Shown here piece by piece: positions 1 through 11,103 of a DNA stretch of 64,000 nucleotides (position 1 is the first letter of the stretch; the number at the start of each line of letters is the position of its first letter). The notes beneath the pieces are model-generated. The model was not told the DNA's origin and did no database searches. It saw nothing but the letters and a program-made list of their open reading frames with translations. Source of the stretch: Verrucomicrobiota bacterium (GTDB lineage: Bacteria; Verrucomicrobiota; Verrucomicrobiia; Verrucomicrobiales; DEV007). The position numbers and the translations under genes are program-made. The stretch covers positions 1-64,000 of the forward strand of contig JASFYY010000004.1 in NCBI GenBank assembly GCA_045046875.1, written 5' to 3'.

Positions 1-557
1 CTGATCAGGTGTTTGGCGATGGGGCCGCCGATGAGTCCCCCGAGGATGAGTCCGAAGGTGGCGCAGGCAATGCCGATTTCGGAGGCTTTGGCGATGCCGT
101 AATTTTCTGCAAGTGCGGGAGCCCATGCGATGGCAGTGCCATGACCGCCACTGAGGGCGATCGAACCGCCGAGAACCCCTGTAGCCAGAGGTTCGTCGGT
201 GAGACTGATCACTGCGATACCGGTGATATTCTGGATGATGAGATAACCCAGCGCGGCAAATAAGAGAATGAGCAGGGGGCGTCCTCCTTCCAGCAAGGTC
301 GAGATTTTTGCGTTGAGGCCAATGGTGGTGAAAAAGACGATCAACAGAGAGTCGCGTCCCGCGAGGTCAAATTGGGTTTCGGCCTGGAAGAAAAAATAAA
401 GAGCACCAAAAATCAGCGAAACGAACACTCCGCCGGTGACAGGTTCCGGTAGGTTGTAGGCGCGGAAGAAGCCTATTTTTTTGTTGAGAAATTTGCCGAG
501 GAAGAGGGTGAGGATGGCAACAATGAGAGTGACGCGGCTATCGAGATCTAGGGACAT
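1..557 (-). CDS. gltS: Sodium/glutamate symporter (runs off the window's left edge; missing from the ORF track)
   Basis: Manual translation of the minus strand from ATG at 557: MSLDLDSRVTLIVAILTLFLGKFLNKKIGFFRAYNLPEPVTGG...FFTTIGL...GSIALSGGHGTAIAW...ACATFGLILGGLIGGPIA. The PEPVxGG, GGHGT and ATFGL motifs are typical of GltS. Confidence 0.9.
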   Translation of the reverse strand, partial: MSLDLDSRVTLIVAILTLFLGKFLNKKIGFFRAYNLPEPVTGGVFVSLIFGALYFFFQAETQFDLAGRDSLLIVFFTTIGLNAKISTLLEGGRPLLILLFAALGYLIIQNITGIAVISLTDEPLATGVLGGSIALSGGHGTAIAWAPALAENYGIAKASEIGIACATFGLILGGLIGGPIAKHLI

Positions 558-639
558 GATTCATTTTTTTCGTTCCTGCTAATTACTGCTTGCCAGTCTC
601 GTATGCGCATTTTTACGCTATAAAGGTAAAATAATCAGC

Positions 640-1401
640 TCAGCTCACAGCTTCTTTGAAGCTGGCAATGGCGTAGTCGCGGTTCAGCTTGGCGATGTTG
701 TCGGCGCTGATTTCCTTCGGACAGACCGCTTCACACTCATACTGGTTGGTGCAGTTGCCAAAGCCTTCTTCATCCATTTGGCGAACCATGGACAGAGTGC
801 GTTTTTGTTTTTCGGGTGCGCCCTGGGGCAGGTAATTGAGATGGGCGGCTTTGGCCGAGACAAAGAGCATCGCACTGGAGTTTTTGCAAGCGGCGACACA
901 GGCGGCGCAACCGATACAGGCAGCGGCTTCAAAAGCGGCTTCGGCTTTGTCTTTTTCAATCGGCAGGGCATTGGCGTCTTGAGCCGCTCCGGTGCGGATG
1001 TCGATGTAACCGCCAGCGGCGACAATGCGATCCAAGGCGCTGCGGTCGACCATCAGGTCACGCAACAAGGGGAAAACTTTCGAGCGGAAAGGTTCGATCC
1101 AGATGGTGTCTCCGCTTTTGAATTTGCGCATGTGCAACTGGCAAACCGTGACACCCCGATCCTGGCCGTGTGGCACGCCGTCGATGGTGAGCGAGCACAT
1201 ACCGCAGATGCCTTCGCGGCAGTCGTGGTCGAAGTGAATGGGCTCGCCGCCGTCTTCCACGATGCGTTCGTTGACGATGTCCAGCATTTCCAGGAAAGAG
1301 GCTTCGGTGGGAATGTCCTTGGCATCGTAGGTTTCGATGCGGCCATGATCCTCGGCGTTGAGTTGGCGCCAGACTTTTAGAGTGAGATTGAGATTAGCCA
1401 T
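640..1401 (-). CDS. sdhB: Succinate dehydrogenase/fumarate reductase iron-sulfur subunit
   Basis: DCREGICGMC [2Fe-2S], CIGCAACVAAC and FGNCTNQYECEAVCP clusters. Start trimmed to MANLNLTLKVWRQ (ATG at 1401). Confidence 0.95.
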   Translation of the reverse strand: MANLNLTLKVWRQLNAEDHGRIETYDAKDIPTEASFLEMLDIVNERIVEDGGEPIHFDHDCREGICGMCSLTIDGVPHGQDRGVTVCQLHMRKFKSGDTIWIEPFRSKVFPLLRDLMVDRSALDRIVAAGGYIDIRTGAAQDANALPIEKDKAEAAFEAAACIGCAACVAACKNSSAMLFVSAKAAHLNYLPQGAPEKQKRTLSMVRQMDEEGFGNCTNQYECEAVCPKEISADNIAKLNRDYAIASFKEAVS

Positions 1402-1454
1402 AACAAATGCGGGTAATAAAAATGTGGGTGGTGGGTCGTGGGTGGCTGTTGGGC

Positions 1455-3404
<1,950 letters not shown>

Positions 3405-3511
3405 GGCTTCGGGAAATTTGAGATTTGAAATTTGAGTGAAGAAAGAGGAACCACTAATGGACACGAAGAAACACGAATAAGAAAAAAGGGATGAGGAGGT
3501 AAAAGGATAAG

Positions 3512-4207
3512 TTATTTGCCGAAGCCGAAGACCATGATGGCAATGGGGATGGAGATGAAACCGAGCCAGATGAAGAGGGCGAAGGCGCGTGAGAACAGGT
3601 CGATTGGCAGGGCGGTTTTGTGTGAGCGCAGGCCGAGGGTTTGGAAGATTGATCCGACACCGTGGCTCAGGTGTGAGCAAAGCAGGGTCATGGCGATGAG
3701 GTAAAAGAGGCTGACCAGGATATTGCTGAATCCGGCGATGACCATGGCGTGTGGGTTTTCCGCACCGATCTCGGCCAGCTCTGGACTGACCCGGACGGTG
3801 TAGTGGAAGATATGGAAAACGATGAAAGCCAGAATGGTGGAACCACTCCAGATCATCATGCGAGAGGAGGCCGATGCGGTGACGGTGGCGGGGCGTTGAT
3901 ATTCAATGTTGCGCGCCGCGCGGTTGGCGATAGTGAGTTGGATGGTGGCGGTGACGTGCAGCACCAGGGAAGTCAGCAGAAAAATACGGGCGATCCATAC
4001 GCCGTAGCCGTGCAGCATGGTTTGCAGGAAGTGGGCGTAGTCGTTAAAGGCGTGCTCTCCTTGGAAGATCAGCAAATTGCCGATCAGATGGCCGGCGAGG
4101 AAGCCGACCAGCACGATTCCGGTGAGGGCTACGATGATTTTTTTTCCGATGGAGGAGTTCCAGAATCGACAGGGAGCAGAGTGGATACAACAGGACAGAG
4201 CGCTCAT
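3512..4207 (-). CDS. sdhC: Succinate dehydrogenase/fumarate reductase cytochrome b subunit (b558 family, single anchor)
   Basis: [13 protein letters not shown], heme-ligand His residues (GHL, LHV, FHIFH, HLSHG), five TM helices; first gene of the sdhCAB operon. Start at ATG 4207. Confidence 0.92.
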   Translation of the reverse strand: MSALSCCIHSAPCRFWNSSIGKKIIVALTGIVLVGFLAGHLIGNLLIFQGEHAFNDYAHFLQTMLHGYGVWIARIFLLTSLVLHVTATIQLTIANRAARNIEYQRPATVTASASSRMMIWSGSTILAFIVFHIFHYTVRVSPELAEIGAENPHAMVIAGFSNILVSLFYLIAMTLLCSHLSHGVGSIFQTLGLRSHKTALPIDLFSRAFALFIWLGFISIPIAIMVFGFGK

Positions 4208-4300
4208 AGTGAAGGGATGGAATGAAAATTTGGATGTAGAAATTAAGACAAATGCCAGTGCACAAGGATCAATGGAGCGTATCCGCCTTTTTTGCAACGA

Positions 4301-4328
4301 ATAGTACGAATTTTGTTACGTCAGGCAA
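4301..4328 (-). promoter_or_regulatory. Putative sigma70-type promoter for sdhCAB
   Basis: Minus strand TTGCCT-N16-TACTAT, about 95 bp upstream of sdhC. Confidence 0.45.
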
Positions 4329-4382
4329 GTGATGAAGGTTGCAGGGGATTTTGGGGGGGGCGGGAATGCCAGGAAAGGTGGA

Positions 4383-5780
4383 TTATTTGTGTTCGAACTC
4401 GTTGTTTTTTAATTTTCGGAAATACTCGGCAGTGGCTCGTGAAAGAGTAGGCATGAGCAGGATGACGGCGATCAGGTTGGGGAAGATCATGATGCCCATC
4501 ATCATTTCGGAGAAGTTATTGACGCCTTTAGCGTTCCAGATGGCGCCAAAGTAGGCAATCGCGCAGAAGGTCAATTTGTAAGTCAGCAAACCTTTGCCTT
4601 TGAATAGATAGTCGATGGAGCGTTCACCGTAGTAGGACCAGGAAATGAGAGTCGAGTAGGCAAAAAAGAACACCGCGATGGGAATGAAATAATCACCAAA
4701 ACCGGGGATGGTGTAATTAAAAGCTTTGGCGGTGATAAGGGCGCCTTCCAGGCTGCCGCCTGGGTTGCCCTCTTTCCATTGACCGGTGATCAGGATAACC
4801 AGGGCTGTCATGGTGCAAATCACTACAGTATCGACAAAGGGTTCGAGAATGGCCACAGCGCCTTCACGCACAGGTTCCCGCGTTGCCGCTGCAGAGTGGG
4901 CGAAGGGGGCGGATCCGATGCCCGCCTCATTGGAGAAACAAGCGCGCTTGACTCCCTGCAGCATGACGGCCTTAAAGGTGGCTCCGGTAAAACCGCCTAC
5001 GGCTGCGGAGCCGGAAAAAGCAGAGCTCATGATTAATGCAAATATAGCGGGCAGGTGTGAAAAATTGGCAATAATGATGATCAAAGCACCCATCACGTAA
5101 ATGCTGCCCATGAAAGGCACAATGAATGAGGCGACTTTGCCGATACGTTTGATGCCACCAATAATGACGATGGCGGTTAGGACCGCGAGTACGATCCCTG
5201 TGACATGTTTGTTGATACCTAAGGTTGCCTCCGCTACGCTCGCAGCCTGGTTGGTCTGAAACATGTTAGCGGCTCCAAAACTGGCAAAAATACAAGCGAT
5301 GGCAAAAAAAGTAGCGACGCTTTTGCCCAGGGAATTTTTGCCAAAAGCGGCTTCGATGTAATACATCGGCCCACCGTGCACAACTCCTTTGTCGTCGATC
5401 CGGCGGTACATCAAACCGAGTGTGCATTCGCTGAATTTGGTACACATGCCAAGCAGGCCTACTAGAATCATCCAAAATACAGCGCCGGGGCCACCGATGC
5501 CAATTGCGATCGCTACCCCGGCGATATTGCCAAGACCGACTGTGGCAGACAGGGCAGTGCACAAGGCTTGGAAGTGGTTCACCTCGCCGGGATCATCCGG
5601 ATGGTCAAATTTCCCGCGAACCACTTGAATAGCATGAAAAAAACCGCGGAATTGGATTCCTTTCAAAAGAATGGTAAGAACAATACCGGTGCCGCAGAGC
5701 AGGAAGACGGTAGGCAGTCCCCAGACGACTGCATTGACCGCCCCAACCGCACTATTGATCCAATTTTGAAGGTTTTCCAT
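4383..5780 (-). CDS. Alanine/glycine:cation symporter (AGCS family)
   Basis: ALSATVGLGNIAGVAIAI, GGPGAVFWM, GGPMYYI, FSNEAGIGSAP, FVDTVVICTMT motifs. Confidence 0.93.
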   Translation of the reverse strand: MENLQNWINSAVGAVNAVVWGLPTVFLLCGTGIVLTILLKGIQFRGFFHAIQVVRGKFDHPDDPGEVNHFQALCTALSATVGLGNIAGVAIAIGIGGPGAVFWMILVGLLGMCTKFSECTLGLMYRRIDDKGVVHGGPMYYIEAAFGKNSLGKSVATFFAIACIFASFGAANMFQTNQAASVAEATLGINKHVTGIVLAVLTAIVIIGGIKRIGKVASFIVPFMGSIYVMGALIIIIANFSHLPAIFALIMSSAFSGSAAVGGFTGATFKAVMLQGVKRACFSNEAGIGSAPFAHSAAATREPVREGAVAILEPFVDTVVICTMTALVILITGQWKEGNPGGSLEGALITAKAFNYTIPGFGDYFIPIAVFFFAYSTLISWSYYGERSIDYLFKGKGLLTYKLTFCAIAYFGAIWNAKGVNNFSEMMMGIMIFPNLIAVILLMPTLSRATAEYFRKLKNNEFEHK

Positions 5781-5865
5781 AATGATTAACTTGCAAATTC
5801 TGCGCGGAGATTACCATTGTTGTGGTTTCATTAAACATTAAAATTCATTTTTTCTAAATTAGCCA

Positions 5866-7896
5866 ATGGCCCGAGTCTATAATTTGAATCCCGGCAGTGG
5901 AGCCGACAGCCCTCTGAAAATCGACTTTGATGCCGAGTTGAACCCGCAGCAACTGGCGGCGGTCAAAGCTCCTCCTGGCCCGGCACTAGTGATCGCTGGA
6001 GCTGGCAGTGGCAAAACACGCACTTTGACTTACCGCGTGGCTTATTTGCTAGAGAATGGGATTAAGCCTGAGAATATCCTGTTGTTGACCTTTACCAATA
6101 AAGCGGCGCGGGAGATGATCGAACGGGTATCCGCTTTGGTTCCAGTGGATCCCCGGGCTTTGTGGAGCGGGACTTTCCATTCGATTGGCAATCGTATTCT
6201 GCGTCGTCATGCGGATCGCCTGGGAATGACCCGGCAGTTCTCCATCATGGATCGTGAGGATCAGAAGGAGTTGATGGTTTCCGTGGTCAAAGACAGTGGC
6301 TTGGATGTGAAAGCGTTGAATTTTCCCAAGCCGCAAGTGCTCAGCGATATTTTTAGCATGGCGAGAAATACCGGAACCAATCTGCGTGATTACATTGCTG
6401 ACAGTTATTCTTATTTTGACCAGCTGGCTGATGAAATTGTAAAAATGCGGGATGCTTATCAGGATAAGAAGTTGAGCACTAATAGTATGGATTTTGATGA
6501 TCTTTTGATCAAGACGCTGACCCTTTTGCGTGAGCATGATGATTTGCGCGAACTTTATCAGCATCAATTTGAGTTTGTGCTGGTGGATGAGTATCAGGAT
6601 ACCAATTTGATTCAATCGGATATGATTGATCTGTTGGCCGGTAAACACGGCAACTTGATGGTGGTGGGGGATGATGCACAATCGATCTATTCCTGGCGCG
6701 GCGCGGATTTTCGCAATATTTTGAATTTCCCTCATCAATATGAGGGTGCGCAGGTTTATAAGATTGAAACCAACTACCGCTCGGTTCCTGAGATTCTGAC
6801 TTTGGCAAATTCGGCGATTCGCAGCAATACGGAACAGTTTAAAAAAGAACTGGCTCCGCACCGTTCGGACCAGGAGACACTGCCGGCCCTGGTGATGCTG
6901 AGTGATACCAATACCCAGGCGGTGTTTGTGGCCCAGCGCATTCAAGAGCTGCAGGAGGAGGGAGTGGAGCTTGAGGAGATTGCGGTTTTGTATCGTGCTC
7001 ACTATCAATCGATGGAGGTGCAGATGGAGCTGACGAGGCAGGGGGTGGATTTTAATATCACCAGTGGGCTTAGGTTTTTCGAACAGGCTCATGTTAAAGA
7101 TGTGGCGACTTTTATGAAGTTTGTTGCCAACCGTATGGACGAGGTGGCGTTCAAGCGCATGGCGCGCATGCTGCCGGGCATCGGAGATAAAAGCGCTGAC
7201 AAGCTGTGGAAGCAGTGGCTGGCGTGTGAAGGCAGTCGAAAAGAAGTGCCTGATGGTTTTTCCAAATACATGCTCGACTTTGCAGTGCCTACCAAAGGTA
7301 AGAAGGATTGGACCCAGTTGGTTTACATCCTGGATGAACTGATTGATGTGGACGGGTCTTTGCAGCCGCCTTCGATGATGATCACTTCGATCGTCGAGGG
7401 CATGTATGCGGATTACATGAAAGCTCAGTTTTCCAATTACGAAAACCGCAAGATGGATATCGAGCAGTTGGAGAATTTCAGTTCGGATTTTGAGGATGTG
7501 GAAGAGTTTTTGACCCAGCTGTCTTTGTTGGCAGGAACTGATACCGATGTCACTGGTAAGCGGAAAAAGGAGCAGGAAACGAATGTGGTGTGTTTGTCCT
7601 CGATTCACCAGGCCAAGGGTCTGGAATGGAAGGTGGTGTTTGTGATCTGGTTGGCGGAAGGCATGTTTCCCAATGGGCGAGTATTGGAAGATGATTATGA
7701 TGGCAGTGGTTTGGAGGAGGAGCGACGTTTGTTTTATGTGGCGGTGACCCGGGCGATGGATGAGTTGTATTTAACTTACCCGCTGATCTGGCCCAATGCC
7801 CACTCGGGACAGGTGATGCAGTCACCTTCACGGTTTTTGGAGGAAATTCCCAGTGAGCAAGTGGAGGAATGGCAGGTGGGCAGAGGGGATTGGTGA
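5866..7896 (+). CDS. UvrD/PcrA/Rep-family ATP-dependent DNA helicase
   Basis: LNPQQ, AGAGSGKT, TFTNKAA, LVDEYQD, VGDDAQSIY, NYRS, SIHQAKGLE, EERRLFYVAVTRA. Confidence 0.95.
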   Translation: MARVYNLNPGSGADSPLKIDFDAELNPQQLAAVKAPPGPALVIAGAGSGKTRTLTYRVAYLLENGIKPENILLLTFTNKAAREMIERVSALVPVDPRALWSGTFHSIGNRILRRHADRLGMTRQFSIMDREDQKELMVSVVKDSGLDVKALNFPKPQVLSDIFSMARNTGTNLRDYIADSYSYFDQLADEIVKMRDAYQDKKLSTNSMDFDDLLIKTLTLLREHDDLRELYQHQFEFVLVDEYQDTNLIQSDMIDLLAGKHGNLMVVGDDAQSIYSWRGADFRNILNFPHQYEGAQVYKIETNYRSVPEILTLANSAIRSNTEQFKKELAPHRSDQETLPALVMLSDTNTQAVFVAQRIQELQEEGVELEEIAVLYRAHYQSMEVQMELTRQGVDFNITSGLRFFEQAHVKDVATFMKFVANRMDEVAFKRMARMLPGIGDKSADKLWKQWLACEGSRKEVPDGFSKYMLDFAVPTKGKKDWTQLVYILDELIDVDGSLQPPSMMITSIVEGMYADYMKAQFSNYENRKMDIEQLENFSSDFEDVEEFLTQLSLLAGTDTDVTGKRKKEQETNVVCLSSIHQAKGLEWKVVFVIWLAEGMFPNGRVLEDDYDGSGLEEERRLFYVAVTRAMDELYLTYPLIWPNAHSGQVMQSPSRFLEEIPSEQVEEWQVGRGDW

Positions 7897-7976
7897 AGTT
7901 TGAAGTGTGAATGCTGGAGCGTGGGGGGCATGAATGCGGTGGTTGATAAAAAATGGAACGCGCTTATATCATTTTC

Positions 7977-9422
7977 ATGAAGCGTGTTGTTTTAATTGTT
8001 GCCGTTGTTTTATTTTATTTTGCTGCAGGGGTGCCGCTGGGGTGGTGTGTGGATGGAAAGCCGAACATTCTTTTGATTGTATCTGATGACCAGGGTTATG
8101 CTGACCTGGGTTTGTTGAATAAGGACATCTTGACGCCGAATTTGGACCGCTTGGCAAAAGAGGGCGTTCGCTTGACGAATTTTTATGTGTCGTGGCCAGC
8201 CTGCACTCCTTCGCGAGCGAGCTTGCTGACCGGGCGTTATCCCCAGCGCAACGGTATGTATGACATGATTCGCAATGAAGCTCCGGATTATGGTAAAAAA
8301 TACAATTGGGAGGAATACAATGTGAGCTGGGAGAAAATCGGTGGCATGGATTTGCGCGAGGTCATGATTCCCAAGGTATTGAAGCCGGTGGGGTATAAAA
8401 GCGCGATTTATGGCAAGTGGGATTTGGGCATTCTTAAGCGTTATCTGCCAACGCATCGCGGTTTTGATGATTTTTACGGATTGGTGAATACCGGCATCGA
8501 TTATTTCACTCATGAGCGCTATGGGGTTCACTCGATGTATCGGGAGCTGGAGCGGACGGAGGAAGACAAGGGCACTTACGCGACTTATTTATTCGAACGC
8601 GAGGCGATGCGTTTTTTGAAAAACCAGAAGGATAATCCTTTTTTCCTCTATTTGCCTTTTAATGCGCCCCACAATTCATCTTCTCTGGACCCTAAGATTC
8701 GTGGGACGGTGCAGGCCCCTGAAAAGTTTAAAAAAATGTATCCCCCAGTGGAGCCTGAATTCAGGAAAGGGAAAAAATATGGGAAGGAGGCGATGGTCTC
8801 GACCCGCGAGGCGAGAACCCGCGATTACCGTGCGGCGGTCACTTGCATGGATGCTTCGATTGGCAATTTGCTTGCCGAGTTGGAGCGACAGGGGAAAAGA
8901 GAAAATACCATCGTGGTTTTTTTCTCAGACAATGGAGGAAGCGGGGGCGCGAGCAACGCGCCTTTACATGGTCATAAAGGACAGACTTGGGAGGGAGGGA
9001 TCCGGGTTCCATGCATCGTGAGTTGGCCGGGGCATTTGCCGCAGGGGGTGGTGAGTGATGAATTTCTCACTAGCCTGGAGTTGCTGCCAACTTTTGCCAA
9101 GGCCGCAGGAGCACCACTGCCGGAAGGGGTGGTGCTGGATGGCTTTGACATGATGCCGGTGCTCAAGGGGGAGAAAAAATCACCGCGCGAAGATATGTTT
9201 TGGAAGCGCAAGGATCTGCTTGCCGCCCGGGTGGGCAAGTGGAAGTGGGTGGACATGGGTGAAGCCGGTGGCGGTTTGTTTGACTTGGAAGCTGACATCG
9301 AAGAAAAAAATGACCTTTCACAAGCGCGTCCAGAGATTCTGAAAATGGTCAAAGGGCGTTTCAATCAATGGCTGCGCGAGATGGATGCGGCAGAACCGCG
9401 CGGACCTTTTCGTGATTATTGA
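7977..9422 (+). CDS. Secreted formylglycine-dependent sulfatase (arylsulfatase-like)
   Basis: Signal peptide, PNILLIVSDDQG, CTPSRASLLTGR signature, GKWDLG, SDNG. Alternative start at 7953. Confidence 0.92.
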   Translation: MKRVVLIVAVVLFYFAAGVPLGWCVDGKPNILLIVSDDQGYADLGLLNKDILTPNLDRLAKEGVRLTNFYVSWPACTPSRASLLTGRYPQRNGMYDMIRNEAPDYGKKYNWEEYNVSWEKIGGMDLREVMIPKVLKPVGYKSAIYGKWDLGILKRYLPTHRGFDDFYGLVNTGIDYFTHERYGVHSMYRELERTEEDKGTYATYLFEREAMRFLKNQKDNPFFLYLPFNAPHNSSSLDPKIRGTVQAPEKFKKMYPPVEPEFRKGKKYGKEAMVSTREARTRDYRAAVTCMDASIGNLLAELERQGKRENTIVVFFSDNGGSGGASNAPLHGHKGQTWEGGIRVPCIVSWPGHLPQGVVSDEFLTSLELLPTFAKAAGAPLPEGVVLDGFDMMPVLKGEKKSPREDMFWKRKDLLAARVGKWKWVDMGEAGGGLFDLEADIEEKNDLSQARPEILKMVKGRFNQWLREMDAAEPRGPFRDY

Positions 9423-9513
9423 TTTCAGAGGCAATCGCTAAGCTAAAGGTAGCAAAAGCAGGTTTTTTTGCATTTTTCAAGATTAGTATTTTTGTTATCC
9501 AATCAGGATATAC

Positions 9514-9571
9514 CGAGAATACGTGATCGCGAGAACACGGGATAGTCATAAAAAACGCGTGGTGATAGGGT
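9514..9571 (+). promoter_or_regulatory. Conserved upstream motif (two copies) plus putative promoter of vWA paralog 1
   Basis: CGAGAATACGTGAT (9514) and CGAGAACACGGGAT (9530); TAGTCA-N17-TAGGGT with extended -10 TG. Confidence 0.45.
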
Positions 9572-9633
9572 TGGGAATAAGTTGCTGGTAGACTTTACCA
9601 GCTTTTCTCAAATTTAATCCACCTATAAGCGTT

Positions 9634-10953
9634 ATGATAAATCTTACTCAAACTGAAATCCGTCCTCATCGAAAAAATAATGGTGCGACTCAAAAGCTCT
9701 CGGCTTTCACGGTTGCCCTCTTGGTGCATGTGCTGTTGGCGTTGTTGCTGGGCTTGGTGGTGGTCAGTCTGCCAAGAGTAGAGATATCCTTGTTTACGGT
9801 CTTTCCTGTGTCGGAGTTGGATGAATCGGATATCGTGTGTGAAACTCCCCGGCTCCACCGCGAGCCCAATCGATCGTCCCCCGGAGTTACCATGCCAACA
9901 ATTGCACTTAGCGTGAATGCGCCTTCGGCGGTTAATGTGCCTGCTTTTGAAGAGAATCAAAGCGCTGCGTTGAGACAAGTTCTGGCAGTTGGGCAGGACC
10001 ATTTTGGAAGAGGTTTTGTGCAAACCGGACCGGGCAGCCTGGATGGTCGATCGGGTTCGGAGGTAAACTTTTTCTCCATCCGTTCTCGCGGTAGGCGAAT
10101 TGTTTTTATCATTGAAGCTTCGCCTTACATGCTGACGGATCAAAAGGGAGGGATTCCGGCCTATCGTAAAGTGAAAGATGAAATCTCCCAAATGCTTGTG
10201 GGCTTGAATCAACAGACAGCATTTAATATGATTGTTTATGACGGTAAAAAGGTAGCGACTTATCAGGACGAGCTGGTGGAGGCGACGCCGTCTAATGTGC
10301 GCAAGGCGATTGAATGGTTTGCTCCGATCAATGAGGATTTTGAGCACATTGGGTTGAGTGGAGAGCATTCTTCCCGAGCGATTCGATCCGGAGTAGAGCC
10401 TTTTTTGCTCAATGATCTGACTCATTATATCAAAGCCACACAGCGGGCATTGGAAATGGATGTGGATACGATTTTTTTGCTAAGCAATGGTTGGGGGTGG
10501 CATCGAAAATCGATGGAAAACCGGGAATATGAAAAATGGATGAGGAAACAAAAATGGGGAGAAAAAGAGGAAGCCAAGTGGGCCGGGAATGTAAAAAAGG
10601 CAAGAGCGTGGCTGGATCAGGAAAACGAGCGCAGACTAGCGCAAGGGGTGCCTCGCCGAGTGGTGACCAGTTTGAATGAAATTGTCAGTGAACTTATGCC
10701 GGGAGTCAGGCACAAACCTGGACCAAGTTACTCAATGGAGGATGTGCAGGATCAGTTGAAAAACAGCGTTTCGTTGTATTACCGGGTCAAAGGCAAGCCG
10801 CGGCCAAAATTTAATGTGGTGTGGTTTGTTGGAGAAGATGAAAAACCCAATGCCGCGATTGATGCACACTTGAGACATCAGAGCAAAAGGAATCGAGGCA
10901 AGATGGTCCGATTGCCGGGGATGGTCGGGTTGAAAAACTTAGGGATGCGGTGA
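9634..10953 (+). CDS. Membrane-anchored vWA-like domain protein, paralog 1 (lacks the N-terminal TPR-like domain)
   Basis: TM SAFTVALLVHVLLALLLG; RIVFIIEASPYM...KVKDEISQMLVGLNQQTAFNMIVYD resembles the vWA beta1/alpha1/beta2 pattern; clearly similar to the next three genes. Confidence 0.8.
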   Translation: MINLTQTEIRPHRKNNGATQKLSAFTVALLVHVLLALLLGLVVVSLPRVEISLFTVFPVSELDESDIVCETPRLHREPNRSSPGVTMPTIALSVNAPSAVNVPAFEENQSAALRQVLAVGQDHFGRGFVQTGPGSLDGRSGSEVNFFSIRSRGRRIVFIIEASPYMLTDQKGGIPAYRKVKDEISQMLVGLNQQTAFNMIVYDGKKVATYQDELVEATPSNVRKAIEWFAPINEDFEHIGLSGEHSSRAIRSGVEPFLLNDLTHYIKATQRALEMDVDTIFLLSNGWGWHRKSMENREYEKWMRKQKWGEKEEAKWAGNVKKARAWLDQENERRLAQGVPRRVVTSLNEIVSELMPGVRHKPGPSYSMEDVQDQLKNSVSLYYRVKGKPRPKFNVVWFVGEDEKPNAAIDAHLRHQSKRNRGKMVRLPGMVGLKNLGMR

Positions 10954-10976
10954 TTGGTGATTTTCAGCTTTTGTCC

Positions 10977-11033
10977 CGAAAACACGGTATGGGACGGTAT
11001 ATTCTTGGTAGGGGAAGTGAAAAGTGATACTTT
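10977..11033 (+). promoter_or_regulatory. Conserved upstream motif plus putative promoter of vWA paralog 2
   Basis: CGAAAACACGGTAT (10977); TTGGTA-N17-TACTTT with extended -10 TG. Confidence 0.55.
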
Positions 11034-11103
11034 CTATGTATGACCAGTCATTGGTCGAAATATCAGCCTGTTTCTTTTTTGCAAAAACCCCTTTTATAAT
11101 ATC

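Noticed and set aside
9..263. 84-aa plus-strand ORF
   Set aside because: Antisense shadow of the gltS-like gene, which has clear family motifs on the minus strand.
6049..7608. 519-aa antisense ORF within the helicase
   Set aside because: No recognisable motifs, and its His/Gln/Ile-rich composition is typical of a codon-mirrored antisense frame. The same applies to 778..1380, 9595..10425, 13762..14574, 16906..17673, 35212..35799 and 55583..56401.
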